From Candidatus Nanopelagicales bacterium (lineage in GTDB: Bacteria > Actinomycetota > Actinomycetes > S36-B12), in assembly GCA_018402235.1 (NCBI GenBank), contig JAGYJJ010000004.1:329256-393255 (forward strand): 64,000 nt of DNA. Direction: 5' to 3'. A program made the translations under genes and the position numbers. Shown in pieces: positions 44,302 to 54,342 of this stretch. How positions within the stretch are numbered: position 1 is the first letter of the stretch; each line of letters opens with the position of its first letter. Under the pieces are notes generated by a model that was given only the letters and a program-made list of their open reading frames with translations, ran no database searches and was not told the DNA's origin.

Positions 44302-44981
44302 GAGTCGGACTCCACCGAATAGCCGACTCCTCGCACCGTTCGGATCGGGCTGGCGTCGCCGAGCTTGCCTCGCAATTGAGCCACGTGCACGTCAACAGTC
44401 CGCGTCCCAACTGATGATGCGTAACCCCACACTTCGGAAAGCAGCTGATCTCGGCTAAACACTCGGCCGGGCTCGGACATCAGATGTGTCAGTAGGTCGA
44501 ACTCCGTGGCCGTCAACTGCACCTCTTCGTCCTCGACGAGCACTCGACGTCGAGTTACATCAACCACAATTGGTCCAAGCTGCATCGGCCCCGCTCCCCG
44601 CTGCACGAGGTTCGAGCGGCGCACCAATGACTTCACCCGTGCCACGACCTCCCGCGGGCTGAAGGGTTTCGTGACGTAGTCGTCGGCCCCCAGCTCAAGA
44701 CCGAGAACACGATCTACTTCATCGTCACGAGCGGTGCAGAAGATAACCGGGACCCAATTGTCCTCGGCGCGTAGCATCCGGCAGATCTCAGTTCCGTCCA
44801 TTCCCGGCAAGCCCACATCCAAAATCACAGCAACCGGGTGTTTGGTCCGAGCTGCCGTCAAACCACCCGGACCATCGAACTCAGCATGAACTCCAAACCC
44901 CTCACGCTGCAGGTACAACCGCAAAAGGTCCGAAATGGGCTTCTCGTCCTCGACCACCAGGACGAGTCCGCGCTCTGTCAT
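44298..44981 (-). CDS. OmpR/PhoB-family response regulator
   Basis: 227 aa, LVLVVEDEKPISDLL..ILDVGLPGMDG..DDYVTKPFSPRE, with a winged-helix C-terminus RTVDVHVAQLRGKL. Confidence 0.93.
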   Translation of the reverse strand: MTERGLVLVVEDEKPISDLLRLYLQREGFGVHAEFDGPGGLTAARTKHPVAVILDVGLPGMDGTEICRMLRAEDNWVPVIFCTARDDEVDRVLGLELGADDYVTKPFSPREVVARVKSLVRRSNLVQRGAGPMQLGPIVVDVTRRRVLVEDEEVQLTATEFDLLTHLMSEPGRVFSRDQLLSEVWGYASSVGTRTVDVHVAQLRGKLGDASPIRTVRGVGYSVESDS

Positions 44982-45038
44982 GAGCCCAGAGTGGCAGAGA
45001 CCCGGTCACGATCGCAGTTCCGGCATGTTCGGATCGGG

Positions 45039-45329
45039 TTAGGGGTTGTGGTCCTGAGTCTTGTTACCCAAACCCATCGACTGCATCACGCGCCCTACTA
45101 CGGCACCTACGACCACGAGTCCAACGCCGACCCAGAACAAGGGCCAATTCGCAACGACGATCGCGACCGTCCCCACTGCGAAGGCAATAGTGATGATCAC
45201 TACGGCCGTCCACGCCGCAGGAGTGGAACCGTGATCATCGTGGGCACCGTTGTGGGGATCCTTGTGGGGATCCGCCTGATCGGTAGGTGCTGATTCCGCC
45301 GGATTCGTCGCCGTCATGGTGATATCCAA
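45039..45329 (-). CDS. HGxxPAAW family membrane protein
   Basis: 96 aa with the signature HGSTPAAW followed by two TM helices. Confidence 0.7.
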   Translation of the reverse strand: MDITMTATNPAESAPTDQADPHKDPHNGAHDDHGSTPAAWTAVVIITIAFAVGTVAIVVANWPLFWVGVGLVVVGAVVGRVMQSMGLGNKTQDHNP

Positions 45330-45360
45330 TCACGACCAACCGGCGCGACACCCGGAACGG

Positions 45361-45924
45361 TCAATCGTCGGTGGGGTCCACTCCACGATCCAGCGCCTCC
45401 CAGGCGTCCCGGGGCCGATCGGAGGAACGCTCGTAGTTTGCTCCTAACGCAGGCCAGGCATTCCCGCGTAGCAGAACTGCCACCCCCGCAGCCAACAGCA
45501 CCCCGCCTGCGAAGGCAGTCACGAGTGGCAAGACAGGTACAACGGACTCGATTTCCCCTGCGGATACCAATAATCCGACCCTCAGGGAAATCGACGCCTG
45601 GATACCGGACCACACCAACACGCCACCGGCTACGGCGACAAGCATCCCGACGATTCGACGCACTACTCCCCGTGAGCCGATAACGCCAGCGAGTCCGGCG
45701 AAGCCCACGATGGGCATCGCCGCAGCAGCGGGTGCTAGGGCAGATGCACTCAAAGTTCGTTGCGATACCGCTTGCGCTAACGATCCTTGAACTTCACCCA
45801 ACAAAGCCTCCTGAGCAACTGCCCACGTCCCCGACGTAGCCCACCAGGCCAGGGCTGATCCTGCCGTGATGGCCGATAAAACCACCACGTATTCACGGGT
45901 GTTCGAGCCGTGATCAGGACTCAT
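45361..45924 (-). CDS. Trp biosynthesis-associated membrane protein
   Basis: 187 aa with four hydrophobic segments. Its ATG overlaps the trpE end by 11 nt. This is the conserved actinobacterial position after trpE (as in the M. tuberculosis trpE neighbour). Confidence 0.68.
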   Translation of the reverse strand: MSPDHGSNTREYVVVLSAITAGSALAWWATSGTWAVAQEALLGEVQGSLAQAVSQRTLSASALAPAAAAMPIVGFAGLAGVIGSRGVVRRIVGMLVAVAGGVLVWSGIQASISLRVGLLVSAGEIESVVPVLPLVTAFAGGVLLAAGVAVLLRGNAWPALGANYERSSDRPRDAWEALDRGVDPTDD

Positions 45925-47476
45925 GAGGGGCGTCGCTCACTGGCCGAAGCCTTTCGGCCATCGCAATAGCCGACAAAACGGCACCAGCTTTATTTGCGCA
46001 CTCCTGTGCCTCGGCGATTGGATCGGAATCGGCGACGATTCCCGCACCGGCTTGAACATGGGCTACGCCACCTTGGATAACCGCGGTTCGAATCGCGATA
46101 GCCATATCGAGGTTGCCGGAGAAGTCGACATAACCGACCACTCCACCGTAAAGACCCCGGCGGCTGCCCTCAAGTTCGTCAATAATTTCCATCGCACGCA
46201 CTTTCGGTGCGCCGCTGAGTGTGCCGGCCGGAAAGGTTGCCTGCAACGCATCCAGCGCTACCTCGCCCGACTTCAACCGTCCAGTCACGGTGGACACGAT
46301 GTGCATCACATGTGAATAGCGTTCGATCTCCATGAACTCAGCGACGTCGATCGAACCTGGTTCGCACACCCGGCCGAGATCATTGCGCGCTAGGTCAACG
46401 AGCATCACATGCTCCGCTCGCTCCTTTGGGTCGGCGAGCAACTCATCAGCAAGCCGCTTATCGTCGCTGGGGTCCTTGCCGCGTCGCCTGGTACCGGCTA
46501 TCGGGTGAACCGTGCAACGACCGCCTTCAACAGTTACCAGCGCTTCAGGTGATGACCCCACCACATCGAAATAGCTCTCGTCCGAAAGTGACCCATCGCT
46601 TCCTTCCCGCGGAATTCGAATCAGGTACATGTACGGACTTGGGTTGGAGGATCGAAGTACCCGATACACATCCAGGGCAGTGGCTGTGACTGGCAGCGAA
46701 TACCGCTGGGAGAGCACGATCTGGAAGGCATCACCAGCCCTGATGTACTCCTTGGCTCTTTCCACTGCAGCGCGATAGTCAGCGTCCGTAGTGTGCGCTC
46801 GGATGGCCGCGCCTTCGCTGGCTACCAGATGCGAGACCGCAACCTGCGGCGTTGAAGCCAACGCCGTCTCCATGGCATTGAGTCGAACGTTCGCCTCCTG
46901 CCAGGCTTCGTCCACACGTTCATCGCTTGCGTCGAAGTTGATGGCTGTTGCGATCAAGGTGACGGTGCCCCGGAAGTGGTCGAGGACAGCCAGATCGGTC
47001 GCCAGCAAGAAGGCTGCCTCCGGGACATCCACAACCGTGGGGTTGGTGTCCGGTAATTGCTCGAAGCGCCGGACAACGTCATAGGAGAGTGCTCCCACGA
47101 AACCGCTTGTGAATCGAGGGGCACCCTCGGATGGGGTGTCCGGAGTGTGTAAAACCTCCACTGACGTTCGCAGCACGTCCCAAGCCGACCCTTCCCTGGG
47201 TAGCCCAACCGGGACTTTGCCGATCCAGTGCGCGCGACCATCGCGTTCGGTGAGCATTGCTGCGCACCGAACTCCCACAAAGGAATAGCGCGACCACGCC
47301 CGCCCCGCTTCTGCAGACTCAAGCAGGAACGTTCCAGCGCGTTGACCACACAGCGTCTCGAAAAGCCCGATCGCTGTTAAGCCATCGGCGAGCAGGGTCC
47401 GAGTAACGGGAACCACACGGTGATTCGATGCTAGAGACTTGAACTGCTCCAGCGTCTGCGCAGTACCACTGGTCAC
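45914..47476 (-). CDS. trpE: anthranilate synthase component I
   Basis: [24 protein letters not shown]...LLESAE...[10 protein letters not shown]. The GTG overlaps the hisI stop (GTGA). The longest ORF runs to 47626. Confidence 0.94.
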   Translation of the reverse strand: MTSGTAQTLEQFKSLASNHRVVPVTRTLLADGLTAIGLFETLCGQRAGTFLLESAEAGRAWSRYSFVGVRCAAMLTERDGRAHWIGKVPVGLPREGSAWDVLRTSVEVLHTPDTPSEGAPRFTSGFVGALSYDVVRRFEQLPDTNPTVVDVPEAAFLLATDLAVLDHFRGTVTLIATAINFDASDERVDEAWQEANVRLNAMETALASTPQVAVSHLVASEGAAIRAHTTDADYRAAVERAKEYIRAGDAFQIVLSQRYSLPVTATALDVYRVLRSSNPSPYMYLIRIPREGSDGSLSDESYFDVVGSSPEALVTVEGGRCTVHPIAGTRRRGKDPSDDKRLADELLADPKERAEHVMLVDLARNDLGRVCEPGSIDVAEFMEIERYSHVMHIVSTVTGRLKSGEVALDALQATFPAGTLSGAPKVRAMEIIDELEGSRRGLYGGVVGYVDFSGNLDMAIAIRTAVIQGGVAHVQAGAGIVADSDPIAEAQECANKAGAVLSAIAMAERLRPVSDAPHES

Positions 47477-47835
47477 CGAATACCTCCGGTGTCGAAGCAA
47501 CTGTGTGCGCCTGTGTGACAGGCGGGTCCGGTCTGCTCTACGAACATCAAGACCGCATCCCCGTCGCAGTCCAGTTGAAGTCCGACCACCTTCTGCTCGT
47601 GGCCCGATGTTTCGCCCTTCACCCACTGCCGACCTCGGCTGCGAGAAAAGTATGTGCCGCGTTTCGTATCGACAGTGGACCGGAAGGCCGCTTCATCCAT
47701 CCACGCCAGCATCAGGACCCGTCCGGTGCCCACTTCCTGGGTTATCACCGGCACCAACCCCGCAGAGTCGAAATTGATCCGCGCGAGTGCATCAACGATC
47801 GAAAGATCGAGAAGGTCCACAACTTCCTCAGACAT
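47473..47835 (-). CDS. hisI: phosphoribosyl-AMP cyclohydrolase
   Basis: [59 protein letters not shown]. The ATG overlaps the hisF end by 8 nt. Confidence 0.92.
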   Translation of the reverse strand: MSEEVVDLLDLSIVDALARINFDSAGLVPVITQEVGTGRVLMLAWMDEAAFRSTVDTKRGTYFSRSRGRQWVKGETSGHEQKVVGLQLDCDGDAVLMFVEQTGPACHTGAHSCFDTGGIR

Positions 47836-48620
47836 GCGGCACATTGTGCCGTCGGACCGGGAAACCCTCGCCCTCGAGCGCGAATTTGGCGTCCTGAATC
47901 GACATCTCGCCAAAGTGAAAGACGCTGGCGGCCAAGACTGCGTCAGCGCCTGCGCGAACTGCCACCGGGAAATCCTCAGGGGCACCGGCTCCCCCGCTGG
48001 CGATGAGCGGCACACTCACCAGCGCCCGCACCCGTTCGATGAGTTCAGTGTCGAAACCCGAGGTGGTGCCATCGGCATCCATGGAGTTCAGCAAGACTTC
48101 CCCAGCCCCACGCTCCACGCCTTCAACCGCCCACGCCAGAGCATCGATGCCGGTCCCCTTCCGCCCTCCGTGGGTTGTCACCTCGAATCCGCTTGGAGTG
48201 GAGGTTCCCGCCGGGCAGCGCCTCGCGTCCACACTCAAGACAACACATTGCGCTCCGAAGCGCTTGCCGGCAGCAGTCAGCAACGCAGGATCGGCAATCG
48301 CTGCGGTGTTCAAACTGACCTTGTCTGCACCGGCCCGCAGGAGCCGATCGAAGTCATCAACCGAACGCACTCCCCCGCCGACTGTCAGCGGAATGAAGAC
48401 CGATTCAGCTGTCCTGCGGACAACGTCGAACGTGGTCTCGCGATTGCCTGAAGAAGCGGTGATGTCCAAGAAGACCAAGCTCATCAGCACCGTCACGGTC
48501 GTAACGCGCCGCCAGTTCCACGGGATCACCGGCATCGCGCAGACCTTCGAAGTTGACTCCCTTGACCACACGTCCAGCGTCCACATCCAGGCACGGAATA
48601 ACCCTGATGGCGAGTGTCAT
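47828..48620 (-). pseudogene. hisF: imidazole glycerol phosphate synthase cyclase subunit, frameshifted near 48475
   Basis: ORF 48405..48749 contains [48 protein letters not shown], then derails (GLLGHH). ORF 47828..48586 resumes at [19 protein letters not shown]. Removing one G from cttGGtc restores [11 protein letters not shown]. Confidence 0.9.
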
Positions 48621-48627
48621 GAGCGCG

Positions 48628-49417
48628 TCATGGTTGCGGCGGACCCCACTCATACGGGTCATAACGAGCTTCGATGGCCGCGATGGCTTCGGCGAGCGTG
48701 AAGGCGCCGTCGTACAACGCCCGTCCGATGATCGCGCCTTCGATTCCATCGGACGTCATGTCCGCGAGCTTGTGAAGGTCCTCGAGGTGACTGATTCCAC
48801 CTGAGGCAACCACGTGCGCCTTCGTCACCTTGCAGACATCACGCAGCAGGTGGAAGTTCGGCCCCTTCATGGTGCCGTCCTTGTGAACGTCGGTAACCAC
48901 GTACCGGGCGCACCCGGCAGCATCGAGGCGCCCCAGGGTTTCCCACAGGTCCCCACCCTCGGTGGTCCACCCGCGCGCCGCCAACGTGTGTCCCTTGACG
49001 TCCAGACCGACTGCGATGCGATCACCGTGCTCGCCGATAACTCGCTCGGTCCAGTCCGGGTTCTCCAAGGCTGCCGTTCCTAGGTTCACTCGCGTGCATC
49101 CGGTTGCCAGCGCCGCCGTCAAGGACTCATCGTCGCGAATGCCACCGGATAGCTCGATACGCACCTCGTCGCGCAAGGAGTGGACAACCTGACGGATCAG
49201 ATCTGCATTGCTTCCGCGACCGAAGGCCGCGTCCAGATCCACCAGGTGGATCCAGGTAGCCCCCTGATGGACCCAGGACGCGCGCAGCTTCCAGGGGTTT
49301 GCCGTAGACGGTCTCCGAACCTGCCTTGCCCTGAACGAGACGGACTGCTTGTCCGCCTGCGACATCGACGGCGGGAAGGAGTTCGAGCAGAGGTGGGCGA
49401 CCATGATGTAGGGACAC
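48628..49417 (-). pseudogene. hisA: HisA/PriA-type ProFAR isomerase, frameshifted near 49279-49286
   Basis: ORF 49127..49417 reads [47 protein letters not shown], then derails. ORF 48628..49758 resumes at [24 protein letters not shown]. The junction lies in a GCGCGCG run. Confidence 0.88.
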
Positions 49418-49426
49418 AGTCCAACC

Positions 49427-49927
49427 TTAGGGTTTGAGGCTGAGCACCAGTTCACGTGCTTGCTGCGCATGCGGACTCCACGCGGCCCACACGCTGGCTG
49501 CCCACGAATTGGCTCTGGCCAATAGATCCTTCTCATCAGCGGGGAACATGAGGTCGAGAACGGTCGAGCCATCTTCCGGAGGTCCCTGCCAGTCCCACGC
49601 CGGGTAGTCAACATGAGCCAGCGACCGCAGCAATCGCACCCGTTCTTGGAAGCCGAAGTTGAATTCCAAGGCAGCGCACAGGCCCACCACGTGAAGCACG
49701 ATCGATTGCCGATTGCGCCGATCAGGCGATCCTGGGTGCGAAGCCATGTAGGAGTCAACGATCAGGCCATGAGCAGACGAATAGCCGAAGCGCTCGTACT
49801 CATCAGTTTGCAGGAGTCCGAAGGCTTCCCAGCAAGCAGGTGAAGCAGGCACATAGGCGTGTTCCGGTCCGGAACCTACCGGCAAGCGAACGCCACACAC
49901 ACAGGTTGAGACTTCGAGTTCGCTCAC
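49427..49927 (-). CDS. DUF5946-like uncharacterised protein embedded in his operon
   Basis: 166 aa, [72 protein letters not shown]. The GTG overlaps the hisH stop (GTGA) and the stop lies 9 nt before the hisA ATG. The rest of the 337-aa ORF is a hisH shadow. Confidence 0.6.
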   Translation of the reverse strand: MSELEVSTCVCGVRLPVGSGPEHAYVPASPACWEAFGLLQTDEYERFGYSSAHGLIVDSYMASHPGSPDRRNRQSIVLHVVGLCAALEFNFGFQERVRLLRSLAHVDYPAWDWQGPPEDGSTVLDLMFPADEKDLLARANSWAASVWAAWSPHAQQARELVLSLKP

Positions 49928-50563
49928 AGGGCTTGAACCCAGTTCCGCAGGAGCACCGACCCCGCTTCCCCGGACTTCTCGGGGTGGAACTGAGTCGCAA
50001 CGAGTGGACCGTTCTCCACGGCCGCCATGAAACGACCGCCGTAGTCCCCCCAACTCACCAGCGGGGGTCGCTGAACGCTCGAGATCTGCGCACTCCACTC
50101 CCACGACTGAACGCCGTAGGAGTGCACGAAGTAGAAGCGCTCGTTCTCGACTCCGCGAAACAGCACGGAACCTTCCCCAACTTCCAGGGTGTCCCAACCC
50201 ATGTGCGGCAGCACCGGTGCGTGTAACCGCTCGACAACTCCGGGCCACTGATCCAAGCCGGCGGTGGTCTCTCCATGCTCCACGCCCGAGGAGAAAAGCA
50301 CCTGCATTCCGACACAGATGCCCAGCACCGCTCGACCACCGGCTAACCGCCGCTCGATGATCGATGCCCCACCCACGTCCTCGATACCACGCATGCACGC
50401 AGCGAATGCACCGACGCCCGGCACCACAAGCCCATCGCATTCCATCGCGCGATCCCGCTCAGCAGTTACTTCGACCCGCGCACCCACACGTTCGAGAGCG
50501 CCGCTGAGCGGAACGAACGTTTCCGCTGCCGTAATCGAGGACGACAACATCCGGTGCTGACAT
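49924..50563 (-). pseudogene. hisH: imidazole glycerol phosphate synthase glutaminase subunit, frameshifted near 50499-50503
   Basis: The true N-terminus [21 protein letters not shown] is in another frame, from ATG 50563 (1 nt after the hisB stop). The ORF-track frame picks up at [14 protein letters not shown]...[10 protein letters not shown]. There is one extra base in cagcggcgct. Confidence 0.88.
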
Positions 50564-50564
50564 G

Positions 50565-51161
50565 TCAGGACGCGGTGAGCGTTCCCTTGGTGGACGGCAC
50601 CCCCACCACTCGTGGGTCGAGCATCACAGCATCGCGCAAAGAGCGTGCGACGGACTTGAACTGCGCCTCGACCACGTGGTGTGCGTTTCGCCCACTAAGA
50701 ACCCGAACGTGCAACGTGATCTGGCTGGTCGCCACGATCGATTCCCAAATGTGCCGAGTGAGCGTGGTGTCGTAACTGCCGATGAGTTCCACCATGTCGG
50801 GCTCTTCATGGACCAGATAGGGCCGACCGGAAAGATCAACTGCCGACTGAACAAGGCACTCATCCAGCGGAACGAGAGCGTCGCCGTACCGTCGCAAGCC
50901 AGCGCGATCCCCCAACGCTTCGTTGAGTGCCTGCCCCAAAGCTAGCGACGTGTCCTCCACCGTGTGGTGGGCGTCGACTTCCAGATCGCCCTTGGTGCGC
51001 ACCGTTAGGTCCAGCCCACCATGCTTGGCCAACTGGGCGAGCATGTGATCGAAGAAGGGCACACCCGTCTCGATTGAACTCACGCCCGTGCCATCTAGTT
51101 CAAGCTCCACCAAAACATCGCTTTCCTTGGTGGTGCGCTCGATGCGCGAGGTCCTACTCAT
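50565..51161 (-). CDS. hisB: imidazoleglycerol-phosphate dehydratase
   Basis: [26 protein letters not shown]...HHTVEDT...[17 protein letters not shown] at 51161 overlaps the hisC end by 8 nt. Confidence 0.95.
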   Translation of the reverse strand: MSRTSRIERTTKESDVLVELELDGTGVSSIETGVPFFDHMLAQLAKHGGLDLTVRTKGDLEVDAHHTVEDTSLALGQALNEALGDRAGLRRYGDALVPLDECLVQSAVDLSGRPYLVHEEPDMVELIGSYDTTLTRHIWESIVATSQITLHVRVLSGRNAHHVVEAQFKSVARSLRDAVMLDPRVVGVPSTKGTLTAS

Positions 51162-52286
51162 CGACAACCACTGCTCCTTGACTGAGATTCGCCAACACTT
51201 CGTCGAGTGCAGTCATAAACCTAGCGTTCTCATCGGGTGTGCCGACCGATACCCGCAGCCAGCCCTGCGGGCCGGTTTCGCGGATGAGCACTCCTCGGTC
51301 CACCAGCCCCTGCCATATCGCGTGGCGATCAGCGAACACTCCGAACAGGGCGAAATTCGCATCGCTGGGGGCCACCTGCAGCCCACGCGCGCGTAGATCC
51401 ATGACGAGTGCGTCACGTTCGTGCCGCAGGATGCCCAAACCTTCCTGCAGATCGGGAGCATGGGCGATCGCCGCGCGCGCTACCGCCTGCGTCACAGATG
51501 ACAGGTGGTACGGCAATCGGACGATGCGCAACGCATCGATAACAGCCGGATGGGCGGCGGCGTAACCGAGACGAACACCTGCCATCGCGAATGCCTTACT
51601 CATGGTCCGAGTAACGATCACGTTGGCGTACTCACCTAACAGTTCGAGTGCACTCGGGACACCTTTGTGCCTGAACTCGGCATAAGCCTCATCCACCACT
51701 AGCACGGCATTTACAGCCATGCACGCGGCCGCCAACTCGGCGATATCGTCTAGATCTATGGCGGTGCCGGTCGGGTTATTAGGTGAAGCAACGAGCACGA
51801 TGCTGGGCATGTCTCGGTGAATCGCAGTAAGGGCCTCAGCAACGTCGATCGAGAAGTCTGCTTGCCGAGGAACATTCACCAAAGCGGTGAACGACTCTCG
51901 TGCATATTCGGGGTACATCGAGTAGGTAGGAGTAAACGTCAGGGCCGTTCGCCCAGGACCGCCAAAGGCGGCCATCACATGTGCCATGACCTCGTTAGAC
52001 CCATTCGCAGCCCATATCTGCTCCGCAGTCAATTCCACGCCGGATTCACTCAAAAGATAGACCGCAAGATCCCTTCTCAAGTCAAAAAGTCTCGGTCTGG
52101 ATACCGGTTGGCTTCCGACATGATTCGTTGAACCTCGGACGTAGCCGCATCGATCACGCTCACAGGAGGCGCAAAGGGGTTCTCGTTGACATTGAGTCGG
52201 ACAGCAGCGTCTAACTGTGGTGCGCCATACGGCACTTCGCCTGCAAGATCGGCACGTACCGGTGGCCGGTAACTCTCCACCGCCAT
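51154..52286 (-). pseudogene. hisC: histidinol-phosphate aminotransferase, frameshifted in T5 run at 52085-52089
   Basis: ORF 52077..52286 reads [41 protein letters not shown]...NRYPDRDFLT*. The main ORF resumes at (F)DLRRDLAVYL...ASPNNPTG...RTMSKAFAMAGVRLGY. The ATG shares one nt with the hisD stop. Confidence 0.88.
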
Positions 52287-53623
52287 TACTCGGGGGATCG
52301 CTCAGGAGACTGTTCGCTCGTACGAACAGTGATGGCATCGCCGTGTCCGGGCAGATCTTCCGCATTCGCAAGGGCAACCACATGTTCAGCGACATCCACC
52401 AAGGCCGAGCGGTCGTATTCGATCACGTGAACCCCGCGCAGAAATGTCTGAACCGACAAACCCGACGAGTGCCGGGCTGCGCCCATAGTGGGCAGCACGT
52501 GGTTGGAACCGGCGCAGTAATCACCGAGGGATACCGGCGCCCAGGGGCCGACGAAGATCGCTCCAGCATTGCGCACCCGCATGGCGACATCGCGCGCTTC
52601 CCGCGTGTGGATTTCCAGGTGCTCGGCCGCGTAAGCATCGACCACTTCCAGCCCCTGCTGGATATCGCGAACGACGATGACGGCGCTTTGCTCACCCGTG
52701 AGCGCTTCGGTGATCCGCTCCGAGTGTTTGGTCGTATTGACCTGAGAACAAACCTCCTCAAGGACCAGGGTGGCAAGTTCCGCACTGGTCGTCACCAGGA
52801 CCGCAGCAGCGATGACGTCGTGCTCGGCCTGACTAATGAGATCAGCCGCAACGAAGCGGGGATCCGCGGAATCGTCGGCCAAGATCGCAACCTCGGTGGG
52901 ACCGGCCTCGGAGTCGATCCCGATCACGCCCTGCAGGGCTCGTTTTGCGGCAGTGACATAGATGTTCCCCGGGCCGGTGACCAAATCAACCGGATCGCAG
53001 CGAGAGCCATCGGCCATTTCCACCCCGAACGCGAGCATGGCCACCGCTTGCGCACCTCCAACGGCGTAGACCTCGTCCACTCCAAGCAGCGAACATGCCG
53101 CGAGAATCGTGGGATGCGGCCAACCGTCGAAGTCCTTTTGTGGTGGGCTCACAACAGCCAGCGAGGCGACACCAGCCTCCTGCGCTGGCACGACATTCAT
53201 CACGACGCTGCTGGGATAGACGGCGCGGCCACCGGGTACATACAGACCCACTCGGGCAACAGGCAACCACCGCTCCGTTACCGAGCCTCCCGGAACCACT
53301 TCGGTGATGACATCGACGCGCCGCTGATCGACATGGACGCGCCGCGCACGCTCGATCGCAACTTCCAGGGCGCGTCGGACGGCGGGGTCAAGGGCTGCGG
53401 CGGCCTTGGCGATGACGCTCGAGGGGACTCTCAGGGACTGTGGTCGCACCCCGTCGAATTGCTCACAGGCATCAAGGACTGCCGATGCTCCGAGGTCGCG
53501 CACCGAATCGATGATCGGGCCTATAACCGCCTCGGCGTCGACAAGATTCATTGCAGCGCGAGGCACGACCTCTCGAGGGTCGGAGTGGGAATCTCGCAAG
53601 TCGATAACACGCAACACGTCCAT
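52286..53623 (-). CDS. hisD: histidinol dehydrogenase
   Basis: 445 aa, ...VVSPPQ...[12 protein letters not shown]...SQAEHD...[13 protein letters not shown]. Intact. Confidence 0.95.
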   Translation of the reverse strand: MDVLRVIDLRDSHSDPREVVPRAAMNLVDAEAVIGPIIDSVRDLGASAVLDACEQFDGVRPQSLRVPSSVIAKAAAALDPAVRRALEVAIERARRVHVDQRRVDVITEVVPGGSVTERWLPVARVGLYVPGGRAVYPSSVVMNVVPAQEAGVASLAVVSPPQKDFDGWPHPTILAACSLLGVDEVYAVGGAQAVAMLAFGVEMADGSRCDPVDLVTGPGNIYVTAAKRALQGVIGIDSEAGPTEVAILADDSADPRFVAADLISQAEHDVIAAAVLVTTSAELATLVLEEVCSQVNTTKHSERITEALTGEQSAVIVVRDIQQGLEVVDAYAAEHLEIHTREARDVAMRVRNAGAIFVGPWAPVSLGDYCAGSNHVLPTMGAARHSSGLSVQTFLRGVHVIEYDRSALVDVAEHVVALANAEDLPGHGDAITVRTSEQSPERSPE

Positions 53624-53637
53624 AAGTCTACGCTCGC

Positions 53638-54342
53638 ATGGTGACCACGCAGGTTCCGCTATTCCCGCTCACGACCGCACTCGTGCCCGGCTTGGTCCTG
53701 CCCCTGCACATTTTCGAGCCGCGGTATCGCATGATGGTCGAGGAATTATTGGCCAAGCCCGAGGAGGAACGGGAATTTGGCATCGTGGCTGTTCGCGAGC
53801 ACCACGTCGGCGCTGCCGCGTCCGGCTCAGCGCCTGGAGCACCTACAGACGATCTCTACCCCGTGGGCGTTACCGCAATGCTTAGACAAGCTGAGCGACT
53901 CGAGGACGGGCGCTACGACATCGTGATTACCGGCGGGCGTCGTTTCCACGTTGTCGGGGTAGATCGTTCCGCCCCACTCCTGCGAGCCGACGTCGATTTC
54001 CTGCCGGAACCGGAAGTCGATGCTATGGAACCTGGCGCCCAGATACTGATCGCTCGCGCCACCACAGCCTTCGAAAAGTACCGAGCCGCTCTCGGTGGGC
54101 GTTTGGATGAGGAGCACGACGACAACGAACAACTTCCCAGTGAGCCGACAGTTTTGAGCTACCTCATCACCGCTGCCCTCGTGGTGGATTCAAGTGCCCG
54201 GCAAGAACTCCTAGCTTCGCCAGACACAATCACCCGCCTGGAGTCATGCATTCGCGTATTGCGGCACGAAACAGCAATGATCACCGCCCTGGGCGCTGTC
54301 CCCGCCGTGGACCTGTTGCAACCGAACCCATCCGCAAATTGA
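53638..54342 (+). CDS. LON peptidase N-terminal (substrate-binding) domain protein
   Basis: 234 aa, [33 protein letters not shown], typical of stand-alone Lon-N proteins. Confidence 0.85.
   Translation: MVTTQVPLFPLTTALVPGLVLPLHIFEPRYRMMVEELLAKPEEEREFGIVAVREHHVGAAASGSAPGAPTDDLYPVGVTAMLRQAERLEDGRYDIVITGGRRFHVVGVDRSAPLLRADVDFLPEPEVDAMEPGAQILIARATTAFEKYRAALGGRLDEEHDDNEQLPSEPTVLSYLITAALVVDSSARQELLASPDTITRLESCIRVLRHETAMITALGAVPAVDLLQPNPSAN

Noticed and set aside
52217-53644. Long plus-strand ORFs antisense to real genes: 475 aa opposite hisD, 362 aa at 40525..41613 opposite trpB, 343 aa at 39519..40550 opposite trpA, 292 aa at 27672..28550 opposite pyrC/pyrB, and 229 aa at 61306..61995 opposite ileS.
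   Set aside because: They are Arg/Pro/Ser/Gly-rich low-complexity translations with no recognisable family. Each is fully overlapped by a strongly supported gene on the other strand. These are typical high-GC shadow ORFs.
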